A stretch of DNA of 64,000 nucleotides from Epiperipatus broadwayi (taxonomy: Eukaryota; Animalia; Onychophora), in assembly GCA_028023455.1 (NCBI GenBank), contig JAQFVV010000002.1:26722001-26786000 (forward strand), given 5' to 3'. The first letter of the stretch is position 1. Each line of letters opens with the position of its first letter. Below the pieces are notes generated by a model, which made no database searches, was not told where the DNA came from, and worked only from the letters and a program-made list of their open reading frames with translations. The translations under genes and the position numbers were made by a program. Positions 12,020 through 23,890 of this stretch are shown one piece after another.

Positions 12020-12626
12020 CTACTTTTTTACCTCTTTTATCACATTTATACATGATCTATATAACCATACATATGATACATCCTTCCTAGTCTTATTCAA
12101 GCATTTCAAATGAAAAATCTGATCACATATAGTACACTCCACCAAAGCACGCCTAATTTCCATCTGACCATTATACATACACTGTGGGATACAAATGCAA
12201 TTCATATTTATCAATTCTTCTACTGTATATTTAAATTTATCATTTTTCTACTACTCTTCACAACTCTTTATACAAAAAAAAATTTTTTTTTTAAATGGAG
12301 ATTGATAAACACATGCTTCCTAACCTTACCCTTCAAACGTTATCCTCTTTCTCAAATAAATCACTCTCTTAAACTGAAAAAAATCGTTAATAGCAAACCT
12401 ATTAAAAACCAACTAATCTTACATATGACTTAGTTTTAAAGCCTTTTTGCAGTAAACACACACACAAAAAAATTTTTTTTCTTTTATATTTAAAATAGCA
12501 TATTGAATCTTTCCAAATTTTAGCAATATTTTTCCTGATCTTTCCTAATGCAATTAAATCTATCTTTCTGTACTTTCCAATTTTCTTTTCATCTCCATAC
12601 ATTAAGCAAATATTTTCCAGCAACAA
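12020..12626 (-). pseudogene. Decayed ORF with PHD-finger-like motif, probably of DNA-transposon origin
   Basis: CICIPQC..VECTICDQIFHLKCL..W.Y..C matches C4HC3 spacing with one Cys lost; frame broken, no splice context. Confidence 0.35.
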
Positions 12627-12675
12627 AATTTTTTATTAAAAATATCTAAGCTTTAATGGAACAAATCAGCTACAT

Positions 12676-12972
12676 CAGTAGCAAACTCTCCATATAGTAG
12701 TGCCACCTAGTGCAAGTATTAGCAATCAATTAATGCAAGAAGGTTTGTGCGTAAAATCTCTACCCAATGCCTACTTATCCAATATCTGCAGACTAGTTTC
12801 TAGCTTATGGCTTTAATCAGTGAGGAGCCTTGGATCTGAGAGCACTGCATCTAGATCTTAGATTCTAATGTAACCCTCTAGCAGCTATTGTTTACCTATT
12901 TAGTTAACTATAGAAGTCCAAGATGAAAACACAATAATGTTTTTAATTCAAGCTCATTTACTTGTATATAGA
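12676..12972 (-). mobile_element. HHR family-1 element, older diverged copy
   Basis: Colinear with 54085-54440; hammerhead at 12785-12826 with degenerate core CUGAUUA. Confidence 0.8.
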
Positions 12973-13058
12973 TCTGAACCCAGTTCAGCATTTATACATT
13001 TTAATGTCTTTGATTTTTCAAAAACCAGTCACCATTATACCATAGGCAGGATTTGTAT

Positions 13059-13490
13059 AAAACCACCAACATGTCACATGATCACCATTTCCTAGGCTTA
13101 CCCAAGCTGTTAATAAACAGCAAACTCTCAATACAGTAGTATCACCAAGTGCAATCAGTAGAAAGAAGTTAGTCCCTATTCATTTAATATCCCCAGACTA
13201 GCTGCTAGCTTGTACTTCATCAGTGAGGAGCCTTGGATCTGAGAACCTTGTACCTAGATCTTAAGATTTAACGCAATCCTCCAGCAATCACCTTTTATCT
13301 ATTTAGTTAACTATAAAGCCATGAGGCTAGAGGATCCTAAGCTCAAAGTGCAGTGCTCTCAGATCCAATGTCCTCACTACAAGATAGAAACTAGTCTGAA
13401 GATATTGGACGAGTAGGCATTAGATAGTAATTTATGCACAAACTGTCTTGCTTCTTTTGATTACTAAGGCCTGCACTGGGTGGCACTAAC
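13059..13490. mobile_element. HHR family-1 inverted pair (- copy with tail 13059-13320; + copy ~13330-13490), diverged
   Basis: The - copy keeps CUGAUGA but has lost GAAA (13190-13229). The + copy has the core deleted but keeps GAAACTAGTC. Confidence 0.75.
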
Positions 13491-16178
13491 CCTGATGTTT
13501 CACTTACATTTTTTATAATCATAATTAAGGGGTATCTTTTATTTAACAAATATATCTAAAATTAGTGGTCTTAAAAAAAATTTAGTTTGCACGATTCCAA
13601 AGTTTAAATTAAATTAAGCAATAGAAGAGCTTATATATAAACTGGCTCTCTTTCCTTGTTTGCCTAGCAAGCATCTGATATACCAAGACATTGATATTAG
13701 ACTAAGGGTTTCTCATTTTGAAAGTTTTTAGTTCATGCACATTCTTTTTATTTTCTTTTATATTAATATACAGCCGTTCCTCATTCTTCACGTTTGCTTG
13801 GTTACACACAAATTGCATGAAGGATGAATTATTGAATAACAATGTGTGATCCATAATGATGTTAGAAAAATTAAATCAGTATCATGGCATCATGATACTT
13901 CTATTAATTTTATATATGGATGTAAAGTACAATTAATCAACGCATAAATTTTTCTGTACATAAATACTTCATCAATGAATCATGTCCAAATACGTTACTA
14001 AGACAAATTGCAAGCAGACTCTAAAGAACCATTTTTAAATAAACTTGTAGATACATTTATGCGTTCACACGTTAATGCCAATCTATTCTTTCTGATAAAA
14101 TGAGATATTTTCTTTCATCTGACCTTCGATGATAAGTATTATTCTCGAAGTATTTATATTCATAAATGTTACATATTTAATCAGCAGTAAATATCATTTA
14201 AATGCGATTAAAATTATAATAGGGTATATATACTTTATTAAAAAAAACATAAAGCTATAGAGTAAATTAACATTCAATAGTTTACTTTCGTATTTAAAAC
14301 TTTCTTATTTAAAACTCTATAATTGTGCTATATGCACATGTAATGAAGCTATATAATGCGGTAATTAATCATCTGAGCACTATCAGGAAATCTAAGTTCC
14401 CATATGGTGTCTTTTTTATAATTTTATTTTGAGATAACTGATCTAATGTTTGATATTTAGTTTTCATTAAAATGCCATCATAAATATAATCTATTAGGAT
14501 ATTTTTTTATTACTTTGCTTACAATTACTGTGTCCCTGTATCACACCATTAATTAAATGGGAAGGTGTCCGGATGTTAAGACAAAATATTCAGTCGTAAG
14601 ACAACAACTAAATTCTATATCATGCATCTTATCTAATAGCAACCATGCATCTGAATTAAATTAAATTGTGAAATCTTTAATAAACCTATTTTAATAAATC
14701 ATATATTTTAGCACATAATTAATTTATCATATGGTAAAAACTCTCACCTATTCATCTGATTCAAGTCATCAAGAGAAAAATATCTTCCTAAAATTTTACA
14801 TTTTATTTAAAATGTAAGACTTCAAGGGTGAAAAATCTTTTCTTAAATTTTTATCTAACCGAACTGATTATAACCAAGATGAGAGGCCTATATTTTCTTA
14901 CACCATTACGCCATAAATTAATGAAGATGATAAAATATCACCATAAAATAAACTTGAATAGGTCCTATGATGATAATGCTCTTTCATACCTAAGCAAATT
15001 TCAACAATGCTAACCCTATAAATAAAAAGGAATTCTGTTTTCCCCCTTCTAAAAAGTGGACCATATAACTTATTTGCATACAATTTACATAAGATTTACA
15101 TTATGTCTTTTACCCACAATTCTCTCATCCATTAGCCGTTGCTATGAGTATGATATCAGGATTAAGATATTGAAAGCTGCTCAGCATATTACGATAGACT
15201 TTTATTAGGGTTAAACCTTTCCCACTCAGCGTTTCTAAGTGCTTGCATCTATTATCAAAAATAGATGTAAATGCAATTTTACATTTAGCTCAAATTTAAA
15301 AATTGATTTCCATTTCTTTAATGTTTCTTTTTTTAATCTATTAAAACACGGTCTTTTTTGTTAATAAAAAATAATTAATGTTGTTTACATTAAGTAAAAC
15401 AAGATTAAATTAATACTTATACTCTTGAAAATATATAGCATTTACTCATTATTATTCCAAAGGAAAAAAGACAGCCTATTGCCACTGAAAACTAATATAC
15501 ATAAAACAATGCAAACAAATGGATATTATTAATGAAGATAAAGACAGAAATAAGAGAGAAAAGTCAGAGGTTAAGGTACTGCTTGGAATCATAAATAATA
15601 ATTTGTATGTGCACTGTACTTATATAGAAATTCAAATTGAAGTAAACTGACTTCCCCATTAATTATGAAAAAACTATTCTTTTATCATCAAATGATAAAG
15701 AATAGAGTAAATCCACCTATCCTTAAAACTTTGGATCATTATAAGCTTTCACTTACTGACATTTCTGGAAATAAAGAATGGAAATTATATATTAGCCCAT
15801 TTTAAATACTGCATAAATCATTTCGAAATTACAATCATGCAATTAGAAAATAGAGATAAATTCAGATCCTCATTTTTAATAATCTTTATACATAACCTTA
15901 ATTAAATTTGAATTTCATATACATTAAGCTACGTCCATTTGATATGTACTTGCATAGATAAGTTAATTTAAAAAGTATTAATAAGATTATGTTTGCCATA
16001 ACAGCTTTTGAGCATGAACTTGCATAAAATTTAAGAATAATTTAGAATGAAGGTTGCATTAGGATTAAAAAAAAAGATTATGTTATGCAACCCATAAAAT
16101 AAATTGCTATAAAGTGTGAATGTGAGTAAATGAGACACAAAATTATATCGTACTGAAAAGTACAATAATTGCAAACCT

Positions 16179-16371
16179 AAAACAGCAAAACTTTCCAAGC
16201 AGTAGTGCCACTCAGTGCAAGCCAGAGTAATCAATGGATGCCAGAAGGCTTGTGCATGAAATCCCTATCTAGTGCCTACTCATCCAATACCCCCAGACTA
16301 GTTTCTGGCTTGTGGCCTTCATCAGTGAGTAGAAAGCATAAGAAATGGTGATCATGTGATGTTTAGTGGTT
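16179..16371. mobile_element. HHR family-1 element: inverted part (-, 16179-16329) plus forward tail (+, ~16335-16371)
   Basis: TSD TAATTGCAAACCT at 16166-16178 and 16372-16384. Confidence 0.88.
16292..16329 (-). ncRNA. Minimal type-I hammerhead, family 1, intact core, stem I truncated to 4 bp
   Basis: CUCA-CUGAUGA-A GGC CACAA GCC A-GAAA-C UA G UC-UGGG; C17 = 16296. Confidence 0.7.
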
Positions 16372-17210
16372 TAATTGCAAACCTTTCTATAACACACAGA
16401 TAAGTTTGCAGTACTGTTTAGGGGATTTTAATAATACTACATGAAAAACTGAAGAAATCAATCCTTGTTTAGAGAATTTCAATGACATAATCTATTAACA
16501 AATTCAGTAACAATAGTCCATATACTATCTCAGGTTAAGAAATTTTTATTGATATTCTACTATAATTCCAGATTTGATCAGATTCCATGAATCAGAAACT
16601 ATTAAAAATCCTTAATTTGGATTTGAATCAGATATTTAGAAATAGAAAAACAACTAAATACACTTTCAGAAGTTCACTCTACTTCTGAGAAATATACAAA
16701 AACATTAATAATCAACAAACATCGTAGGTACAATCCAATGCTATTCACTGATCAAGAGCAATAATCAAAGAATAGGTTAATAATCTTGTTCTATTGTAAC
16801 CTATGATCTATGCTATGACTCTTGAGCTTAAAGTAGGCTTGCAAAAAAAAATATATTTAATATTTATGTGAGAGAAAAACGATTTAAATTTAATTCAAAA
16901 TGATAAAAATTTAATAATGTGGAACGGATAAAAAATTTTCTGATAATAGTTACATCAAATCGTATTCTTTGTCTCTGATGAGCCCGAGTCAGTTCTCTGA
17001 AATGTAGTAGGATTATAATAGGTTTTTTTTTTCATTTAGTGATAAAAAAAATTTATTACTTAACATTTAATAGAAAATTATAATAGCTTAGATCATTTAT
17101 ATAAAAATATGTTGGCTTTTTTATTAATTAAATAAAATTTTAAATTAACATGTGACACAATCCACTTCAAATTTTCACGGTTTATACTTTGCATAATCTG
17201 TTACTATAAC

Positions 17211-17403
17211 AATAAAGCCAATTACTCAAGGCTTTAAGCGTTAGTATCTATATAAACATATCAGATCATAGATAAAGGTGGGAACACCTTTATTGTTAAA
17301 GAAGGTTGCCTTGACTACAGGTTAAGATAGTTGATAGCTTAAGAGTTGATTGTTATCATCTACATTTATAAATCTATTAAAGCCTTGAATAATTGGCTTT
17401 ATT
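17211..17403. mobile_element. MITE-like element with 27-bp TIRs
   Basis: AATAAAGCCAATTACTCAAGGCTTTAA / TTAAAGCCTTGAATAATTGGCTTTATT. Confidence 0.6.
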
Positions 17404-17703
17404 GACTTAATCTGCTTCTATATATTGCAAATTCATAAGTGGTTACAATTCGTAAAAGTCAAAGCATGCTACTTCTTGAATTTCTTTGGTTATGAATTAA
17501 ATATCTGTAAAATAGAGTTCAGATTCTTCTGGGGTAATAAAGATTATTTTCTCTCTGCTCATTATCAATTGTTGTATTAATAAGAGATTTGGAATAAAAA
17601 TTAATAAGTGGATTGTTGAAAATATACACTGAAACAAAAAATTATAAAAGAATGAATCTGGATTTGAACCCAGATTCTCCCATCCCATACAACCAATATA
17701 CAA

Positions 17704-17818
17704 GACCACATACACGTAAAAAAGATAAATGATTTCCAATATATGTATTTAGTGCTGAACCAGCATTCATCAATTGGTTCAGATCATCATCTCCCATACA
17801 TATATATATATAATCAGT
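17704..17818. repeat. Dispersed ~115-bp repeat (second copy at 24257-24373)
   Basis: GACCACA..AAAGATAAAT..CCAATATATGTATTT..GCT.AACCAGCA.TCATCA.TTGGT.CAGAT.ATC.TCTCCCA.AC(AT)nAATCAGT in both places. Confidence 0.6.
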
Positions 17819-18057
17819 GCTTGGTTTATATTAAGAAAGCAAATAGTCAGACTTTAATGGACAGTCTTCAATCTTCTCCACCCTCTAACTCTTCAGCCAT
17901 CCATATCTTTGAAAATCTGATGATAAAATGTCCAAAGCCCTTGATGATACCAATATTGTTGTCATACCCATGTTGAGTTTAAGTCACTCTGACCACTCAC
18001 GTGTAGGACCTAATTACATCTAACTTTATTCTTGTATTAAAAAAAAAAAGAATGAAT

Positions 18058-18168
18058 CTATAAATTTATAATAATTGCCAATTTAAAAGTAAGAATGAAG
18101 GTATGATATTGAATTATAGGAAACTGTTTGTAAACTGTAAATAACAATAACTTGGTTTTTAAACTGTC
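18058..18168 (-). CDS. RPAP1: RPAP1 probable terminal coding exon (frame and acceptor uncertain)
   Basis: The TAGCAG acceptor gives DSLKTKLLLFTVYKQFPIIQY..NL*. An alternative acceptor a few nt downstream gives FKNQVIVIYSLQ..SYF*. AATAAA on - at 18025-18030. Confidence 0.45.
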   Translation of the reverse strand, partial: DSLKTKLLLFTVYKQFPIIQYHTFILTFKLAIIINL

Positions 18169-18610
18169 CTGCTATTATAGACAAGTTTACTAAAATTATT
18201 TTTCGTACTTCACTCTTCATTGATAACGAGGTTGTAGGATTTAGATATAATCTTTGTTTGCTTTCACATATAATGTCCCTCTTATTACGATGCATTTTAA
18301 TTTTAAAATCAATGTTTGGGTCATACTTGATATGAACATACATTATTTGTGACAATTTTAGATAATAGAACGATCTCTCCTCATGTTCAAATCATTTGTT
18401 GAGAGCTAATCTATTGACATGAACATATGATAACATTGGAATTAATGAAAAAATATTTTTAAAAGTTCATCACAATTTATTTGAAGTCTATTTACAAATT
18501 TATTAGCGATTGTTGGATAATAATGTAAGTATATCAAAATAAAGATGTAATAACATAGAATTATGCATATAAGTTTGTATAAGAATATGTATATTTTTAA
18601 CAAATATTAC

Positions 18611-18835
18611 CTTATATTTATCTTGCTGAAGAGTTTTAATGAGAGATGCCCTCAAAACCTTGTGAGTAAGGTCAGGTTTAAACAAAAAGTAATGAAGATG
18701 ATGAACTGCAACTGCGTATAAGAATGGAGAACATTCTTTTAGCTTGGATCCAGACAGCAAAGATATACCATACAATTTTAATAATTCAATATTGCTTTCT
18801 AATGGTTCCAGATAACGACCAAGAGGAACAATACA
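18611..18835 (-). CDS. RPAP1: RPAP1 exon
   Basis: AG..GT, phase 0/0, 75 codons: CIVPLGRYLEPLESNIELLKLYGISLLSGSKLKECSPFLYAVAVHHLHYFLF..QQDKYK (RPAP1 motif P.LYAVAV.H...F.F). Confidence 0.9.
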
Positions 18836-19094
18836 CTACAAAAAAATAAAGGTTAAATATAAAGTTGAATTAAACTCGTAACAAAAATTTAACATGTTCA
18901 AAATTTTTATTATAAGATTTTATTTTCATTGAGAAAAACATGACTGGGGCAGTGGGAGCTCAAAATACTAAATAAATATAATACTTAAAAAAAAAAAAGG
19001 AAATTATTTTTGTTACAAGGATAACATTTTATTATAAAATTGGAAAAACTCGTAATGATTTTTAAATATTCAGACTATTTTATTTAAATAATAC

Positions 19095-19260
19095 CTGATT
19101 TATTGGAACTTTTATTGAGTATAAGATGGATGACTGTTCACTCCATAAACATTTCCGCAACTCAACTGAATGATGCTGTTGTAGTGGAAGAAGAATAAAA
19201 TAACCAAATACAATATTGCCGAAAGATTCGGCTTCATACTGTTTCAAGAGTTCTTTGTAG
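19095..19260 (-). CDS. RPAP1: RPAP1 exon
   Basis: Phase 2/0: YKELLKQYEAESFGNIVFGYFILLPLQQHHSVELRKCLWSEQSSILYSIKVPINQ, matching the conserved F.A.SFGD..F...LLPLQ....LR..L..E motif. Confidence 0.92.
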
Positions 19261-19843
19261 CTAAATAAAAATATATAAAATCTATTTATATGCATTATGC
19301 AGTAAATGAACATATATATATATTGTTAAATAAAATTCACATTACATACAAACTTTCACTTAAATGTCAACATTATTTTATTAATGGAACAGCAGATGAC
19401 ATTCAAACACATTTAATTTGAATTATTTTGAACAGTGTGAAAGATTAGTTTGCTTAATTGGATTTTTATATTAGGGAAACATTAATGTTGAACATTTTCC
19501 CACAGATTATGAATCAAATGTAGTAAACATTTAGAAAATTGTCAACCACAGGTAAATTGCAGACCAATTAATTTGAAATTACACAGTATATAATTAAATG
19601 ACCAATTGTTTGAGAAACCGCATGACAGCTGTGAAAAACACTTTCGTATCTCCAAAGTATGTTTTTTTTAAAATATTTTTTCAGGTGACGTCACTTTTAC
19701 TATTGGGTTGGCCATTGGAATATTATTCTGCTGATAATTGGGCATATTTTGTCAGTTTTGAAATAATGTTAGTGATCACTGATTACTATATTGTGGTATG
19801 TAATTAAAGTGCAGATCTATATGTTTATAATTTAAAGAGTTTA

Positions 19844-20084
19844 AATAATGCGGAAGTACTGAAAACCCTCAGCGAACTATATGTAAACTAACTGTCAGTA
19901 AACATAAAATGTAGATTGAGCCCATCTATACTTTAGTTTTGATCATATATAAGCATACATTTTATTGACATACTTACATGCAGAGCATTATTTATATATA
20001 CTAGCATAATTTCAAGACAACTATAAGCTATTCTGATTTTACTATAACTAATCAAAGAGCGCTAAGGTTTTCAGTACTTCTGCA
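19844..20084. mobile_element. ~240-bp element with ~27-bp terminal inverted repeats and a 13-bp flanking direct repeat
   Basis: AATGCGGAAGTACTGAAAACCCTCAGCG / CGCTAAGGTTTTCAGTACTTCTGCATT; TTTAAAGAGTTTA at 19831-19843 and 20085-20097. Confidence 0.6.
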
Positions 20085-20637
20085 TTTAAAGAGTTTATAA
20101 TTTCATTTCATAAAATTTTTACAAGGATTAAATTCATGTATCACATGATTACATAAACCATAGAATCGATCATCTGTTGTCAAGGTAATCTTTATAGGTA
20201 AACAATGTTTATATATGTTACAAGGGTATAAAATACAAATTGATTTAGTGGATCTAACATATATATTAAGCATATGTGATTAAATAAAATAAAATAATGG
20301 TAGAGTCTAGTGATGATTACTATAGTGATGATGATCGATCATGTTCCACATGATATATTGATATCATAATGGGTATGGAAGTTGGGGAAAATAGATTTTT
20401 GGCATTATTAAAAAGTCATCTTCATGATGATAATAATGAAGGTTGGGCACCACATAATTCCAAAAGAAAATTTTGTGGAATCCATTCACACACAAATGAA
20501 AATATACTACTGTTAGCATTCCCAGATGTGTAACAAAGTGTAAAGCAAGAGATTTTGAAACATTTATATAAGACATATATATATATAGTAAGATTATAGA
20601 TATATAATTAATTAATTTAATAATTATATTTAAATTG

Positions 20638-21530
20638 CTGTAATGTATAATCTATTTTTCATATAGCACACATATATACATAGTATCATAAATAAGGAGC
20701 AACTCCTCAGAGCATGCACTTTAATAATTTCTGTGCACTCTCCCATGAGTACATACTTTAAAAGCATAAGTGTTTGCTTATACTTAGTTTATATCTACAT
20801 AAACCAGTCTTTGCTCACTGGGCTTAAATCAGGGCTTCAATTTATTAGGTGCCTAAATTATAAGTTATCACCTAAATTGTACAAACCTATTAGGTCTATC
20901 ACTGAAGAGAAATACAAAGTGAATTTTGAATTTCCTGTAATATATAATCTTTTATTTATATAGAGCACATATATATGTAATATTATAAATAAGAAGTAAC
21001 TCCTCGGAGCATTTGCTTTAATAATTTCTTTTCATTCTCCCAAGAGCATCAACTTTAAAAGCTTAAGTGTATGCATATGCTTAAAACTTTTATATCTATA
21101 TAAGCCAGTTTTTGCTCACCATGCTTAAATCAGGGCTTCAATCTATTGGGTGCCTGAGTTATTCCTTATTTATAATATTAAATATGGATGTGCATTATAT
21201 AAATGACAGATTATACATTAAATTCAAAATTCACTTTGTATTTCATTGTAGTTGTTTAAAAATGAGATTTCTATCTCTCTCCTATGATAAACCAATAGAT
21301 TTGTATAATTTAATTGATAACTTATAACTCAGGCATGCAATAGATTGAAGCCCTGATTTAAGCACAATGAGCAAAGATCGGTTTATACAGATATAAATTG
21401 TAAGCATAAGTGTCGATGCTCATGGGGGAAGTGAACAGAAATTATTAAAGTGTATGCTATGAGGAGTTACTCCTTATTTATATTATTATTTTGTATTTCA
21501 TTGCAGGTGTTTAAAAATGATATTGTATGT
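20638..21530. repeat. ~297-bp unit: ~1.8 tandem copies followed by an inverted, circularly permuted copy
   Basis: ATAAATAAG.AG.AACTCCTC at 20688 and 20985 (period 297); 21163-21485 is the reverse complement of one full unit. Confidence 0.75.
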
Positions 21531-22096
21531 CACATTTTTTCTTAACTCTCAATCCTTTCTTAATAACAATTCCATATTTTCTACAATATTTGCAAAAAAA
21601 AGTCATCAAAGAAAGAAATAGCACTTATGAGGAATCAGCATTCTTAACCATAATTTTTCTAGTTCAATGTCTAATTTTCTTAGAAACAAAATAAATAATA
21701 ATGACGATAATGGATATCCTTATTTTAATCTTAATTTTACATACAATGTTCATTAATTCTATATCCCATAATTGGTACATTGAAAATTTATGTAAATTTT
21801 TTTCATTTTCAACAACTCTAGATCTATTCCCATCTATTTCTACCCATCCTATCATAACCCTTTTCAATATCGGAAAACATAATAAAAATAGTTTTCCACT
21901 TAAGTCCTAATCCTATTGATTAAGGTATAAGTAAATAATTGATGAACTATAGAAGCCTGAGGAATTGATTACACTGCCATCTGGTGACAACTAGATGACT
22001 GGAATAAAGTGATATAAAATGAATAATTGTTGTTAATGCATAGAAATTTTACTTCTTTTTGAATTAAAACATAAAGTACTTAATAAATTTCCTTAC

Positions 22097-22229
22097 AAGT
22101 CATAAAATGCTGTAACACCAGGAATTGGTAACTTGAAATTCATTTTATCTTGAACATCTGGGTGATATAACTCACTAAACAAAGCCTGAAGATATGTCTG
22201 GATTCCAGGATCAAGAAATATATTGCTTC
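22097..22229 (-). CDS. RPAP1: RPAP1 exon
   Basis: Phase 1/2: (G)SNIFLDPGIQTYLQALFSELYHPDVQDKMNFKLPIPGVTAFYD(F), with the RPAP1 PG..SF.D motif. Confidence 0.9.
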
Positions 22230-22499
22230 CTTTAAAAATAAAGAAAACAAAACATAATAATTATTGTAAGTCATTCAGTAATAATATTTTGTTTTTAAAT
22301 TTGATTGTGTAGCAAAATCAAATAAATAAATGCAGATATATACAATTTAAAGAATCAAATACATCATAAACAAATTATTTAGCTATAACAATTGTTAGCA
22401 AAAACGTTTTTCGATATTAGTTAACAATTTATTTCATTCGTTATATCCTTAAATATGATTGGTAGATTAAGTCAACACAGGCAATATGATCAATTTCTA

Positions 22500-23890
22500 A
22501 TCATGGTTACTTTAGATCTTTTTTGAAATACTGAAAGTAACATAAAGCTGAAAAACTATGTCATAATCTTACTGAATAATTGGATAGCATTCTTTTATAA
22601 TGATATTTTGGATACATGGTAGAACTATTTTGACCATCTTTGAACAGAGACCCCCAACTTGATGAAATTAAAGCAGTTTTTTTTTTTTAGGATTACATAG
22701 ACCCATGAAGATTTGTTATCTGATTTTCGTGATATTTATGATTTTTATAATTTATAAAAATAAAAGACATGGACTATGATTATTATTTACTACAACAAAA
22801 ATAATTTCAAAGGCTTTATTGAATATGTTGTTTCTAATCATAAATGAATGGAATGGTTACTAAAGATTCGATATGATTATAAAACATCAAGACGCACTAC
22901 AGATATAGTTGTTATTGCCAGTCAAATGCAAAAAAAAAAATTAAATAAATACAATGAACAAAGCCATGCCACGTAATACTTTTTTCTATTTTGTTACATT
23001 TGATTCAGTAAAGCTTATATTGATCATCAAAGTTTACATATATTAAGCACATCATATAAGATAAATATCATATAAAGCATATATCACAAGATGTCACATA
23101 AAAGTAGATATCACATGAAGAAGCCATCACACGAAATAGATATCATGATATAGATATCGCATGAAGTGAATGTCAAGATTCAAAATAGTTATTTAAAATT
23201 AGAATTGGATGAAAACATGAAGAAATATTTTATTTTCTTGATACTCAGCCTCATAGTATCCAGGTAACTTTTAATTTCCTGCCAATTCAGAGAATGATTT
23301 ATAAAATATTTTTAATGTTTTCATAACTTTGATCTAATAATTAATATTGAAATAACTCAATTGCTTTATTAACAAGTATAGACAATTATTAACTTAAGAA
23401 TTTGAATCAGTTTAAATGTCATTAAAGTTTTTTTTTAAATGTAAAAAGATGGCGCTGATGTTGGAGTGGACCACAAAAACCAATATACTGCTGCTGCGCT
23501 TAACAATTTGTAAGATATATTTCAACATCACACTATAACTATTGAAACTAAATTATATATAGGGTTGTAATTCTACAAAATTTATAGAATAGAAGTGATA
23601 AATACAGACAGTAAAGACATTCAATGGGAATATCAGAAAATCAATCAATATGTTCAACAGTTTAATAGATGTAATATCAAATCTATAATTGCAAGAGGGT
23701 AATTTACTTGAATTGAGGCAACCAAAGTGGATGAAATAAAAATGAATATGATTTTTATGGCAAAGGCAGATCCTATTTACATTATAAAGATTATTTTAAA
23801 GATACTCTAAAAGGATATAATATTAATTACTTTCAGTGGAAGGATATGGTTAAGGATAGAAAACATTGGACAGCTTCATTTAAGTGAGTT
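22500..23890 (+). mobile_element. Decayed RTE (BovB-like) LINE fragments
   Basis: WLLKIRYDYKTSRRTTDIVVIASQMQKK (~22850-22935) and GRSYLHYKDYFKDTLK..QWKDMVKDRKHW (~23765-23875) parallel the copy at 30050-31230. A degenerate ~16-18 bp minisatellite at 23040-23180 interrupts it. Confidence 0.65.

Noticed and set aside
20330-20560. Open stretch MGMEVGENRFLALLKSHLHDDNNEGWAPHNSKRKFCGIH on +
   Set aside because: No recognisable family, no splice signals, upstream in-frame stop; insufficient support.
22182-22228. Hammerhead-like fold on + (AAGC-CUGAAGA..GAAA-UAUAU-U-GCUU) antisense to an RPAP1 exon
   Set aside because: Stem II is separated from the core by 4-5 unpaired nt on each side, the triplet is AUU, and the sequence is fully explained by coding constraint on the other strand.
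23040-23180. Short degenerate repeats considered as a CRISPR-like array
   Set aside because: No constant repeat with unique spacers; it is a decayed minisatellite in eukaryotic DNA.
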